Shown here: piece after piece, positions 15,001 to 21,231 of the stretch | Position numbering within the stretch: the first letter of the stretch is position 1 | How the letters are laid out: each line of letters starts with the position of its first letter | Origin: Monocercomonoides exilis PA203 | Lineage: Eukaryota > Protista > Preaxostyla | DNA length: 64,000 nucleotides | Direction: 5' to 3' | NCBI GenBank assembly: GCA_001643675.2 | Contig: LSRY02000002.1 | Span: forward strand, 2,170,001 to 2,234,000 | Made by a program: the position numbers and the translations under genes | Notes under the pieces: model-generated | Seen by the model: only the letters and a program-made list of their open reading frames with translations | Databases searched by the model: none | Told to the model about the DNA's origin: nothing

Positions 15001-18000
15001 AGAGAAAGAAGAAATGACAATCAAACTGAGAGGAAAAGATAAGGAACTTGAAAAGATTTGCGGAAAGGTGAAGGATGATGAATATGCTGAGCAAAACATG
15101 GAATCAGGGGAAATTAAAATGAAATCAGAGAAATCAGAGAAAGAAGATTCAGAAGCATCTAAACAACATGAAAAAGACAAAGGAAAAGAAGAAATTAGAT
15201 TGAATAATTTGCTGCTCGTTGAGAATGCCAAAGAAAAGGAAAAAGCAGATGCTGAACAGGCACAAGATGATCAAACAAGAATTGAAATCTCTTCAGACAA
15301 GCAAAAAGAGATAAAGCAAGCAAATAAAGAAATTGATGTTGTACCTGAGAGGGAAGAGGCAGAAGTTTCAAATGCTGAGGATGAACCAAAATTTAAGGTG
15401 GAAGAAATTAACAAACGTGCTTTCCAGAAATCAGTCGATAAGCAAATAGAAATTAAGGAAGAAGACGTCTCTTTGGAAAACGTTAGACAGCTGATGAAAA
15501 AGATCGAAGAGCTGGAAAATGAACTGGAGACAGAACGAGGAAAGCATCTGAATGAAGGAAAACAATCAGAAAGAATCGACGAAAGAATAACCGAACAACT
15601 GGAAGATAATGACGAAAAGACTAAATCAAGTGATTCTTTTCGCTTTGAAAAGGAACGCAAGGAACATGCAAAGAGCGAAAGAGGGACGTCTGAACAAGAA
15701 ATGATGGAGAATGAGGAGAATGAAGATGTAAAAGAGAAACAGGAAAAGAAGGAAGAGTTTGCCAATGAAGAAAAAGAGGAAAAAGAAGAAATAAAAAAAG
15801 TTCGAGCACATGAATTACTTTCTGATATTGAAGAAGAGAAGAATGAAGGAAGACAAGACAAAGAAGTAGCCAATGCTGAAAAGACTGAAAAGTTAATTAT
15901 TGCACGGAGTGAAGTTGTTTCGCTTACAGAGAATAAACAAGAAAAGCATTCACGTCAAACTCTTCAAACTCCTTTGCAGATTCAGAACGTCACTCCATTG
16001 CTAACAGAAAAGAATGTTTCTCAGTTTCAATCCGAAAATCCTATTTCCGAATCATCAGAATCTGTGGAATGCAAAGAAACAAACGATGATAAAATTGTTC
16101 AAAAGCCTGAAGAGATCGAAGAAATGAGACAACTGATAATTAACTTAGAAAACATGAACGCTTTGACCAAGAAGGAGAACGAAGAACTTCGCAAAGAAAT
16201 TGCACACTTGCAACAGAAACAAATCATCATTGGAAATCCAGCTTCACAAGTCATTTCTAACAATGATGGCAAAGCAGATAACACCCAAAATGAGGATGCT
16301 TCTAGCGAAGAAAATGTGATCTCAACAATCTCAGACTCTAAGCAAATTTCTCATTCTGATCTAGAATCTGAAAAAGACATTCATCAGCCATCAAAGACAG
16401 ACGCCAGCTTGTTCCCATTTGAAGAGGAAGAAAAGGATCACAATGAATCAGATAAAATTGAAGGAAGCCAAGATGAAGTTAGTTCCCATTCGCTTTATGA
16501 ACTACATTTGTCTTGTCAAAATGCGAATAGAAGCTCATCTGAATGTGACAGAAGAAGCAGCATACAAACGAATGCTACAAATTCGGAGGATGAACGAAAC
16601 AATGATATCCAACTCGAAAATGTACAAGGAAGAGATTCAGAAGAATTAGGATGCAATATTCATGAATCAATGCAGAAAGATGATATGATAGCGGTTGTGA
16701 GAGAGAAAGAACTTGAAATACAGAATCTTAAAAAGGAAAACGAGAACTTAAAGAAAAGTTTGGAGCATTGGGAACGAGTTCAGAATGAAAATAAAACAGA
16801 ATTTGAGAATGCTTCTTTGTGTGATGATCATGATGAATCACATCCAGAGCAGGTACTACCAGCCAAACAAAAAGAAAACAAGTCTGTAATTGAAACTCTT
16901 CAATCTGAACATAGAAACGAAATTGTTGAAGAGACTCTTTCGAGAAAAGATCAACAGGTTAATTCTCAAGATTGCAAAAATATCTCGGCTTCCCAAGAGA
17001 CAACTGAAAGAATACATATTAGTTCAGAATCGAAGAAAGTAATTGAATCACAAACTATTGAAAATGACGAAGATAAGGATGCTGCCTCAATTAGCACAGA
17101 GGAAATTGTTCCTGAGATTATAGAGCAACCGGTAAAGAATGAGGAAATTATATCCCAGCTTTTGAGATTAAGAAAAGAGAACGAAGAATTAAAAGCAGCT
17201 CTTTTATTATCAAGCCAACAAAGTAAAGTGGATGGTAATCAAAATCAATCAGCTCAGCCAGTTCCCAAGGTCTCTTCACCAACTTTGTTTAATGATAATG
17301 TTCAAAGTTTCTATACAAACAACGAAGAATCTTTGCAATCGCGCTCTGAACAAGTAAATAAATCACCTTACGTGAAAGAAGGACATGCACTTTCTTCTTC
17401 AACTGAAACTAAGATGCACGTTGATATTTACGAATTATCAACAAACGCAACAAGTTTGCCTTTGAAAACTAACATTGGCGAGACGGAAAAAGAACAAGAT
17501 CAACGTCTGCTGGAAGAATTGCATAATGAAAAGTCAACAGAAAAAGAGATAAAAGGCAGAGATGAACAAAAAGCAATACATGATACGCATGCTAATAATA
17601 AAATGGAACCTCAAATGAATTCCAACTGTAAACTTCATGAGGCATCAGCAAAGCCTGCTCAAGCAACGTCTGTTCCATTTGCACAACAATGTTCCAAAAA
17701 TGTGGATCAACTTAACGAGATTACCGAAAAACAGGTATCATTGCAAACATCAGAACCAGTAAAATCAAACGAAAGATCCAAAGAGAAAGCAAAGCAAAGG
17801 AGTTTTATAAGCTCAAATATGAACGATAAAGATGGTCATATCGAGAAAGCTTTGGATCTTAACGAAGAACAAAAAGGTGTAGAAGAGAAATCAGAAAATG
17901 CTCCGTGTGAAAATGCTCAGATTGATAGGCTATTGCTTTTATCTGGGAATGTGAATGCAGTTGCGAAGGAAAGAGAGTTGACAGATGCTACTGAGTCGAA

Positions 18001-20611
18001 TGAACAATTATCAACACTCAGAAATGAGATTGAAATTGTCAGGGATAACGACCAGAAGCTTCTTAAAGCCAATGATAAACTGGAAAAAGAACATGAGCAT
18101 ACCCATGAAACCGTTAAAGAATTACAAAAGCAAATTCAAGAAATTCAAGCATCTGGTGCTAATTCTAAAACTTCTCCAAAAGAAATGCAAAACGCCGATT
18201 CTTCGCAGGCAGAATCAAATACTACTTTGACAAAAACAGCAAGCTCTTCAATTCAGCGGTCTTCAGATTATTTATCAAAAGAGCATGAGCAATCAAAAAC
18301 AGAAAAGCTCTCTTCAAGTCAATGCGATGATCAAAAATTAGCTGAAGATGATGAAGAACTTCCTTTTCATGAGACTCAAGCTGATGAAGATAAAATAGTT
18401 CAGAGTTCTTTCATTTCAGAACAAGATCATTCATCAGAAAAAAGAGAAAGAAATAAGATATCTAACGACGAAGATAAATCAAGTGATGATGAAAGCATGA
18501 ATGATCATCTGAGACAGCCAGATGATGAGAAGCATCATCCTAACGAGAAAATTGAAATACGCAAGCAACAAGATTTGAACAAAGAAGAAAACACTTTGCA
18601 ATCAATTGCCAAATTAAATACTCAACTTTACGAAAAGGACAAATGCATTGAAGAATTGAAAAGCTTAATAAATGAATTGGAAAGGAAGAACAAAGAATTA
18701 AATGAACAAAACAATCAAAATTTCAACAATGTTGAAAGCTCAAAGAATGCAGTCAACAATATGGAACTTCAACAGCAAACGTTACAAAAACCTGAAGAGT
18801 CCGGTTCTTCAGCATCTTCTGCAGTTGTTTATCAACACGATGAACCATTTTCTGCTTCTTCATCCTCATTTCATGGCAATACATTGAAAAATGAGTTAGA
18901 AGAAAATTCACTGAAGGTGAATGAAATTGCAAGTGATAAATCATCAAGCAATATGCAGTTGATGACTTCTTCAGTTAGCGAAGGAAATAATGTGCCTCAG
19001 CAATGTTCAAACCAGAACCAAACGTCCGAAAGAAGTCCTTATTCAGAGGAAAATATCAGCAATTCACAAAAAATGATTCAGGCTTCAAATGACACAGAAA
19101 AGAATCAATTTGAAAAGTCACCTCAGAAACCGTATATGAAGATAAACAATCAAGCATGCATCGAGAAAAGCACAGACTTATCATCAGCTTCACAGTCCGC
19201 ATCTTCTAATTATGAAAACAATGAAAATCAAAGTGTTGCAACAAATGATGATACAAGATTGACTTCTCTTTCTGTAAGTTCATTTACTCAAGGGGAAAAT
19301 GCAAGCAATGAGAAAAGCGAGGAACTTCAAAGATTACAAACAGAAAAAGCAGAATTAGAGCAGCTTTTAAGGCAAACTCAAGAAGAAGTCATCGAATTAA
19401 AGAAGATGATGCCTCAAGTGAATAGCGAAAAAGATGTTCGCCCATATGAATCTCCAGCTAGTCAAAGCATACTCAATGAAACAGATGCCAAAAATCGGAA
19501 GCTTTCAGAAGATTTGGATCAATTGAGGAAGGAACTTACGATAATGAGAATGAAAACGCATTCACGAAAACAAGAAGTCCCTTCAAGCCCTCTTGTTAAA
19601 TCAAGTCGTAATTCGATTTCTTCGCAATGTACACAAGATGAAGGAAGCTTAGAACAAAAAAGCGCAATGGAAGAACTGTTTGGAAAGGCAAGCCGCTCTT
19701 CAAGTCTTGCACTCGAAGAGAGAAAGCGAACGTCTTCAATGAGTTCGAGTATTGCTTCAACTTTTTCTTTTAACAGTTCTGCTTCAGAAACTGAGCCATC
19801 TGTCACTAAATCTTCAAGAAGCCTGACTGAAGACTATTACAGTCAAGGAAGCGAATATGTTGAAGATCTGCCCACGACTCCATCAACGACTTCTTCAACA
19901 ACAGAATATTCGAATCCAAAAGCATCAGCAGAAGAAGAAGATAAGCTGCCTGAGACATTAGGTAGCTTGGAGAGAACACAGCCAAACAAAACTTTTGCGA
20001 GGGCTGTTACGCAATTTCAAGAAAGGCTGGATCAAGGCAGAAGCAGATCACTCGTTATTCAGCATATCAATGCGGCCGAGCGGATGAAGCAAGAAAAGGA
20101 CAGGTTGCTGTTGGAAAAGGAGTCGCTCAGAAAGAGAGAGATGGAGAATGTGCGGAAAATGAAGGAGATGAGAACAAGGATTGAAGAAGCAGAGAAAAAA
20201 GCGGAAGAGATGAGACGAGAAAAGAAGGCTATGAAAAGAGAGAAAGAAGATTACGAGCGGAGAATCAGAGAGATTGAAAGGGAGAAGAAAGAGCTGGAGC
20301 TGTCAAAGGAGGAGCTGGAAGCGAAGGTTGCCACTTTGCAGGAAGAGAATGCAGAAGAAGATTCTGGTGATGATATGCAATCAATGAGTGCATTGGTTGA
20401 TAACATGATGCGTATGAGCCAGCTGCTGACGAAAGAAAAAGATGAACTGAAACTCAAAGTGAAGAACATCGAAAGGGAAAGAGATGCACTGAAGATGGAG
20501 ATGAATGAACAGAAGAAACGTGCAGAAAGAGCTGAAGCGAACCTGAAGCAAATGCAAAAAACCATTGAAAAGCTGCAGAAAGAGAAATTGGATGCGAAAC
20601 CTTCATCCTGA
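2..20611 (+). CDS. Giant E/K-rich coiled-coil protein (>6,866 aa), 5'-partial; probable cytoskeletal or scaffold protein
   Basis: Uninterrupted ORF 11..20611, open from the window edge (the track start is a GTG inside coiled-coil sequence), ending in TGA. About 2,480 aa of near-continuous heptad-like E/K/L sequence, then acidic low-complexity spacers with short coiled-coil segments, then a coiled-coil C-terminus. No catalytic or motor motif seen. Confidence 0.9.
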   Translation: MERVKAEAEEKLAEKEKEAEELRRRIGEAEKENEELIEERGDLERRVSESERGSVNMKMRIKEAEEAAAEEKMKAREAMEKLREEEENRRDIEEKKRAIEQDLIEVNSEMERMREENEKLMKEKEEELAALMKKLKQTEQERNDLIEVRDGTQLELDVTKDAKAELGRQLQEKSEMVERLKKELKDAEEQSAKEMETMSGMAEMIRLEEVAKTKDALEKLGSTEEKLVAADERGNALEKELRLTKEEMNGQIAELTNANEELKKNLSDVNGELNIQVQKLRETENKLTEEEESRNEFTRKFEEESKRANNQEELFKNEEAKRIHLEDEIKMMNNQKAELENQIANFVKELATERENINQRDNQLKEKENTINEITQKYQQTLSSLNNTEEQLKATQTELSDVKATNNNLSMKLAAEEERAKAAEQREAALNGGKAELEQTLQEINKQRANENEEAANTINQLKQKEQEKIKEMEMFKQEAEKTKLSLTKQIEKEQSEKKELEEKLNNAQALTAAANLKIASDLEEMHQLNAKIADLSNQMEEEKKREMEKEKLLNQEKGNLESQLKTMESNYEEATKTIDALKTEIDASKKHNEELEEEKKKLTDELISKENHITEAEMKLTEKEKEAAEQQQLASKFENEATKLREEKENVEKQCEEAKEEVSAIKQERDKTAEELSNLTEKQQKVENQLKETENKLNDSEKVVNELNNKLESTKEKEEKEIERLKEDLNSANSKCVLMEAEMNEVKEKAVKSEADLNEKEEEMNKLKNEMEQMKEENLTVKEKLDESEKEKAGKSNELSKTQTHLEEVEEKLKMNEERIKHLQDDIEKQNEENSTLKEEQRHLTEELSSLKEGQNSIEVNLREAEEELKKEKNESERLRNELMNAKEEKEKEIQELKLMLSTEEAKQSQLEEDLKTAQEKAKAAETELEESKLEIESINKEKEDISMEREKEMKEMNEMKEKLSDQEKAKEAVENELNEKGKMLLEVQQANESLKEENEKAVKEINELKEENAASSMKSESDQVKLKEMTENLTQKEEEIVHLKEKKEEIEANLTNLQTEIESVKSERDQKAEEIAKISESKQIIEAQLKEVEDEMNNSKDEMSELNAKLAKVEEEKTKAIEEMKQELNSVNSKCASVEAELKEVKEKEAISEKEIKAKEEELAELKTEMEQVKEENKAVKEKFEENERIKEEKSKELKDKEEQLKETEEMINALKEENKTTLEKLNEANSAITNKDEAIENYRKEMEDMKKEKDSLNEELSLMTEKEKTTEDKLNKAVEELETVKNEKISEKETFEKEIEELRVQIETEKKENEKHLSELNDTKEAKMNTLSEIVALQALVKTAEDKTNEKEVEISQIRKQLEQFEEENKVVTQERDALKEDLEKSKEENVALQTQHEKAVDELNTKLSEGTAENEQTVQKLSQSLSEEQRKSEELTNSISNMEKELNAKSEEVERVNLEIETIKKANEEEMASIKNRLNELEKEKEAEAEELKKEREAVISLKTLVSEANEEKEKLSEEMNALKEEHTKTLNEMNTAKEENEKAAAELTVLQTKINELEEKSKENEEISSQLQQNITVLEEKLNAEKTEKEKLMNELSDSTNKFDSTNEEHLELKEKYEKLEKEKIELTQQLTEQKTEREREAVALQEEIELSQKKLNEAEGMLREAEAKAAKSEAELEAKNEEVQKLQLGSEKLVAQIKEVENEKQEKTEEYEKVKNEFEQVIEERKKEKELLEQDAEDLKKKVSILNEEIENITNEKNKNQEEKEKAQQEVVAAQSLLDESKEKLEKNEESLNLLNQQIEESEKEKEKMNEERKQLIEESERLKEEKDAKEQKLKETEEKLMKAETDVNQLKDSFSQQIDEKDVQIKELQESLLAEQAKTSEMIEKLNESEEKSRLVREEAESKAIELEKIAQSKDTISEENEAKFSELNVKFVQLEETNKEMKKEHEELTSMNEKLQQANETLTKEKEQLASELQSEQEKNAKYSDDLRVHQEQVQKMAEEKTAADEAKEKEIEEMRKQYESTQRIVEDLERLNKQLNEEKERLNAQIEKNAQEILIAEAEKNNFAAFMAQASTEAEVKAKEHQTEKEKLQSEMEEIQRELEEKNNQLVLLIAADAELKKEVDLLREECDTAKEENKKLQENLNDKTELNEKLAAAEQALIIEREKTRTTEEEINELQKQKMEIEAKIQEMNEVIVKVMKEKEIISKEKDEELNQLKEEMKKIEEEEKSQSALDESANIEAMQKEKQQFEVEKEELLKEISELNLSKTALEQSSNDFERQLEEEKKHLAEVEEKARKAEEQLENTEKELEAVKEERHKEKTEAEQKISTLEQLLRQEQVKLKELEFDYSRVAEKKSRMEAEMEEQNQKMDKIRKGKENLIEENENMITEMREKIRALERDKDAMEAQMRETIQKMEIEREKVKLEEAKKKMEEEAARQMTERMKMIREENEKDLQQFREQQAKDIEIMRAQLIELKSSLQMGRTQTNEDKNTNPDIQEEEEEEQETKNREEKAAKIDQILDQTSTLMKLGDDEIATIRGRMNEFKLVNEPATADNEQNVSEEANVQRESQMIEKSSSTCPGDDDDEERAKESSSELFEEDEKEEVDEAIDKREKENEIVRLKQEIEVLRKRQEEMIQENERMKEEKEQVEKEKEEMTVKLRGKDEELVKICEKMGIDEKELKNNEESMCLMNTEYVKKNVEGEGMEMKEEKASVPKQHEGKGKEEEPRTIEEQKEKEERGYLSIPKEDNLILKGNIEEKEVEGNKKITPKEECIEEENQANIKEEIEPKSTTSHLLIKTDETVREKETLEKLLKEEKERRKKEEEKGAVSEARTKELEEEIVRLRMELRSTKAKNEEGQAKEENKGVVSTSMLLVKNAEGNEASIEQTRQAISDTESTENEMKAESVNEEITEGRKEEESVSNKLMIIENIKKGEPEEMKCEKSNKPKELLEKNEKEEGNESSELVEARKEQIDEEIADVSKSKEMKDEKSEDEARIETKETKQKVFQETTGKQTEIEEADISLEKVQELMQKIEELENELKTERAKHHNEGKQSKRIDERMTEKIERDDNEAKSSDSFHFEKDHKEYTKSERGISEQEMMENEKNEEGNQKNGMFTTNVLILSPEEEKEKQEKKDKEAGKEKEPSTEEVKRNKVQESREKDQMDKLSEVAEEEKDEDKHEKVERKENKLDKAKEEDEKAKETSCAQGDATLAAAKDRKRKANEHKEFDSYENGMKSPQEENDSEQQEVKVIDQIAALQQALNSANEKLKDAEIEKEQLMKENKSLTQVLQEHEIDLSEFKGSMKEREVSMEQMKHTPEITTETTLIESKSKLPDYRKEESNVQTQYVADAKIKEVIKILQKEEPLQTDSDFSIQNTSLFEKNEHTLEITTDNSNNSMKESEKQSKQALMQLGNTISSNIQPAVNEELKAVEAEDSHLKEESQHLMEQKQPEREEKTQKELNESSTNSKETSSTTIQNENAQVEGKTEPCDEKETTQLAKNEVNKEIRSDKRMLSANTQNIETNKQMATLIPQIEQKSEASNVNAAKTEENEKNLLDKEVASTVCVNEEETEMDKPHFVEKEQKETERSVDHFESVQKTERESLAEQSEDQMITENKPKHASFAVLENESSALEHNEDEEIIETNKNGKVEVFVYATESKSKATECEKEIENDRREMKRNEAKEDEIEKENKVNEELADEIQLDDKSSIAQLLLNQQKLQVELEQVRKERDELNKKVAEYERIKQNESSAELIQPMSQITSTNDDVKAEFKSEDSKRSFSETKEKEEQTDESCIEQQSERNSFEEEKSVFTDSDERKVSYTFAVSKQHSITPEITEDAKTSQNSEREEIRTEHETERQLVSSLEQEEDDSKREKQELKEKTGEEKENNTPKDEISYDHKEKSRIVQSELNVQLPEENGNNDLMQSEKTSETKSEMTEKKIEEKESQDHSEKVISDISFEHNSQQIQSNEQSIEEDTDKEKTEKELVPIFVHSTQVNASTEKANETKDDNIRELEVLLNEEREKRLQEERRAQQLLEKAKELELELSRLKEKMPNEEHDAVEEKEETEKEHKKEQEIEKLSVKVIEVGLLTESVKCSSEDKIEQNFKEESEDKDEKSSKGEKFEKEETKEKQVNEKEFETTKEEMIAENEKDLQKETFISNYSSEQAPAAEASTEQIALLVEFEKVKKERDELKKRVSELESSNKMMMQQQDNQEYALEATMDKQARDEMLNEKTHKTKETEEEFLSENTDEQEYQSSSDRESFDFEPLLQTRKTISEEDSPLREDKQGKQKEKKVQIQVSELQLHDVGDINERNIEEMTKEDRNVTQKEDENGNIDESSRDTLLIVHNESMIKRCEDYSNETQKIEKHKDVSDLNRKSAIEKSEGKAQDKEEMKKKEMNEQEDMNSIQEQRKIKEKEESASTHKDDMNEKEMKAVTTNKVDGIEPVILGMAVKENAQEILREINTIVDEREKKEDEKVEDEAAERMDKDTDEKKIDAIEKESKIDSSSIISQELERTRNRTNEEQGEDERMQRTEKKDAEEENISNEAEEKTIFNKENSKDDECESDSAGKRSVEKGKMNIEELYQAYDALKRENESIKNEKIELEGQLNAERERRQVSESRVLVMEKEKEFQPENFSDVSTNSSLEKERENEFIKGNTASKTSAHISAIKESSESTAEKEDIKFNEVDIEKESKDKSESKELALRDRTMNIAANEHSMETTKEKKAAIEESMVHSIAGNVISSSSENETLLLDKNSEYVSGERNAKLEDAKTKDFEHVIAISNAADKSEKEYIEGLKETEDENDSQERKMEEGNASKKETSTNAPIMNNKTKDYKLITKTSSSIDSLNEEKEEVEKLKGKKDKEREEDSTFSGQNILDSPDVMKKEDKAIKSEEDRRKELTDDNSIFDSENEQIRTEVEGKIEGANSDKEKPSKSNISLYEKNTATIPEYNENEKENEIVRLKQEIEALRKVQEEMIQENERMKEEKEQVEKEKEEMTIKLRGKDKELEKICGKVKDDEYAEQNMESGEIKMKSEKSEKEDSEASKQHEKDKGKEEIRLNNLLLVENAKEKEKADAEQAQDDQTRIEISSDKQKEIKQANKEIDVVPEREEAEVSNAEDEPKFKVEEINKRAFQKSVDKQIEIKEEDVSLENVRQLMKKIEELENELETERGKHLNEGKQSERIDERITEQLEDNDEKTKSSDSFRFEKERKEHAKSERGTSEQEMMENEENEDVKEKQEKKEEFANEEKEEKEEIKKVRAHELLSDIEEEKNEGRQDKEVANAEKTEKLIIARSEVVSLTENKQEKHSRQTLQTPLQIQNVTPLLTEKNVSQFQSENPISESSESVECKETNDDKIVQKPEEIEEMRQLIINLENMNALTKKENEELRKEIAHLQQKQIIIGNPASQVISNNDGKADNTQNEDASSEENVISTISDSKQISHSDLESEKDIHQPSKTDASLFPFEEEEKDHNESDKIEGSQDEVSSHSLYELHLSCQNANRSSSECDRRSSIQTNATNSEDERNNDIQLENVQGRDSEELGCNIHESMQKDDMIAVVREKELEIQNLKKENENLKKSLEHWERVQNENKTEFENASLCDDHDESHPEQVLPAKQKENKSVIETLQSEHRNEIVEETLSRKDQQVNSQDCKNISASQETTERIHISSESKKVIESQTIENDEDKDAASISTEEIVPEIIEQPVKNEEIISQLLRLRKENEELKAALLLSSQQSKVDGNQNQSAQPVPKVSSPTLFNDNVQSFYTNNEESLQSRSEQVNKSPYVKEGHALSSSTETKMHVDIYELSTNATSLPLKTNIGETEKEQDQRLLEELHNEKSTEKEIKGRDEQKAIHDTHANNKMEPQMNSNCKLHEASAKPAQATSVPFAQQCSKNVDQLNEITEKQVSLQTSEPVKSNERSKEKAKQRSFISSNMNDKDGHIEKALDLNEEQKGVEEKSENAPCENAQIDRLLLLSGNVNAVAKERELTDATESNEQLSTLRNEIEIVRDNDQKLLKANDKLEKEHEHTHETVKELQKQIQEIQASGANSKTSPKEMQNADSSQAESNTTLTKTASSSIQRSSDYLSKEHEQSKTEKLSSSQCDDQKLAEDDEELPFHETQADEDKIVQSSFISEQDHSSEKRERNKISNDEDKSSDDESMNDHLRQPDDEKHHPNEKIEIRKQQDLNKEENTLQSIAKLNTQLYEKDKCIEELKSLINELERKNKELNEQNNQNFNNVESSKNAVNNMELQQQTLQKPEESGSSASSAVVYQHDEPFSASSSSFHGNTLKNELEENSLKVNEIASDKSSSNMQLMTSSVSEGNNVPQQCSNQNQTSERSPYSEENISNSQKMIQASNDTEKNQFEKSPQKPYMKINNQACIEKSTDLSSASQSASSNYENNENQSVATNDDTRLTSLSVSSFTQGENASNEKSEELQRLQTEKAELEQLLRQTQEEVIELKKMMPQVNSEKDVRPYESPASQSILNETDAKNRKLSEDLDQLRKELTIMRMKTHSRKQEVPSSPLVKSSRNSISSQCTQDEGSLEQKSAMEELFGKASRSSSLALEERKRTSSMSSSIASTFSFNSSASETEPSVTKSSRSLTEDYYSQGSEYVEDLPTTPSTTSSTTEYSNPKASAEEEDKLPETLGSLERTQPNKTFARAVTQFQERLDQGRSRSLVIQHINAAERMKQEKDRLLLEKESLRKREMENVRKMKEMRTRIEEAEKKAEEMRREKKAMKREKEDYERRIREIEREKKELELSKEELEAKVATLQEENAEEDSGDDMQSMSALVDNMMRMSQLLTKEKDELKLKVKNIERERDALKMEMNEQKKRAERAEANLKQMQKTIEKLQKEKLDAKPSS
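7859..9570 (+). repeat. Intragenic segmental duplication, copy A
   Basis: KENEIVRLKQEIE...KLRGKDEELVKICEK (7859-8041) and SLEKVQELMQKIEELENEL...SERGISEQEMMENE (about 9085-9345) recur at 14885-15067 and about 15466-15725, roughly 90% identical in DNA by eye in the first block. Confidence 0.9.
14885..15870 (+). repeat. Intragenic segmental duplication, copy B (internally shortened)
   Basis: Same blocks in the same order as 7859-9570. The offset changes from about 7,026 to about 6,381 nt between blocks, so roughly 650 nt is missing from copy B relative to copy A. Confidence 0.9.
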
Positions 20612-21231
20612 TTTTTTTTTTAAAACAGTCTCTGTGATATTTATATGGTTTTGAGTTCATATTGTATTTATAATTATCTCCTCTTTCCAATTTTGATGAC
20701 ACATCACGCTCATTATGTAGTTCTCGAGTCAGTTATCTCATTTCACACCACTGCTAATCTTAACTTTTCATTTTTCATTTGAATCTGTTTTATATTGTCT
20801 TCTATTGTTTTTAGGTTATAATATTAAAGTTATTGTGTAATATTAACCGTTCGTTGTTGATTTTTACTTGCATTATCTTCTGTTGAATACGATGCATTTG
20901 CTGTTTTCAATCCATAAAAGAGCAAGGATCGATCATTCGTTTATAATGCATTTTCATATTTCTTTATTCAGTTAGCTTTTTCATTTGAATTTTATAAATG
21001 TTGTATGCATTTTCATTTTGTTAATTTCCCCTTTCTGTTCGATTTTAAAAAAAGGTTTTGTCTATCAATCACTTATTTAATGTGTCAAAAATTATCATTA
21101 AGCGAAGAATTGTAATTGTGTTGGAAATTTAAAAAACAAATATATATTATATTGGGAAAACATGATCAACTTATGAGAAAAAGACTAAAAATCTAAACAG
21201 CGCTGATTAATTTTGTATTGAACAGAGAATT

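Noticed and set aside
318-20702. Dozens of antisense and alternate-frame ORFs (S/F/L-rich) over the giant gene
   Set aside because: They are shadows of GAA/AAA-rich coding sequence and show no independent protein features.
21080-21227. Possible short first exon of Dna2 (MCQKLSLSEEL) with intron 21112-21227
   Set aside because: It is frame-compatible only with the second of two tandem AGs and has no homology support, so the 5' end is left undetermined.
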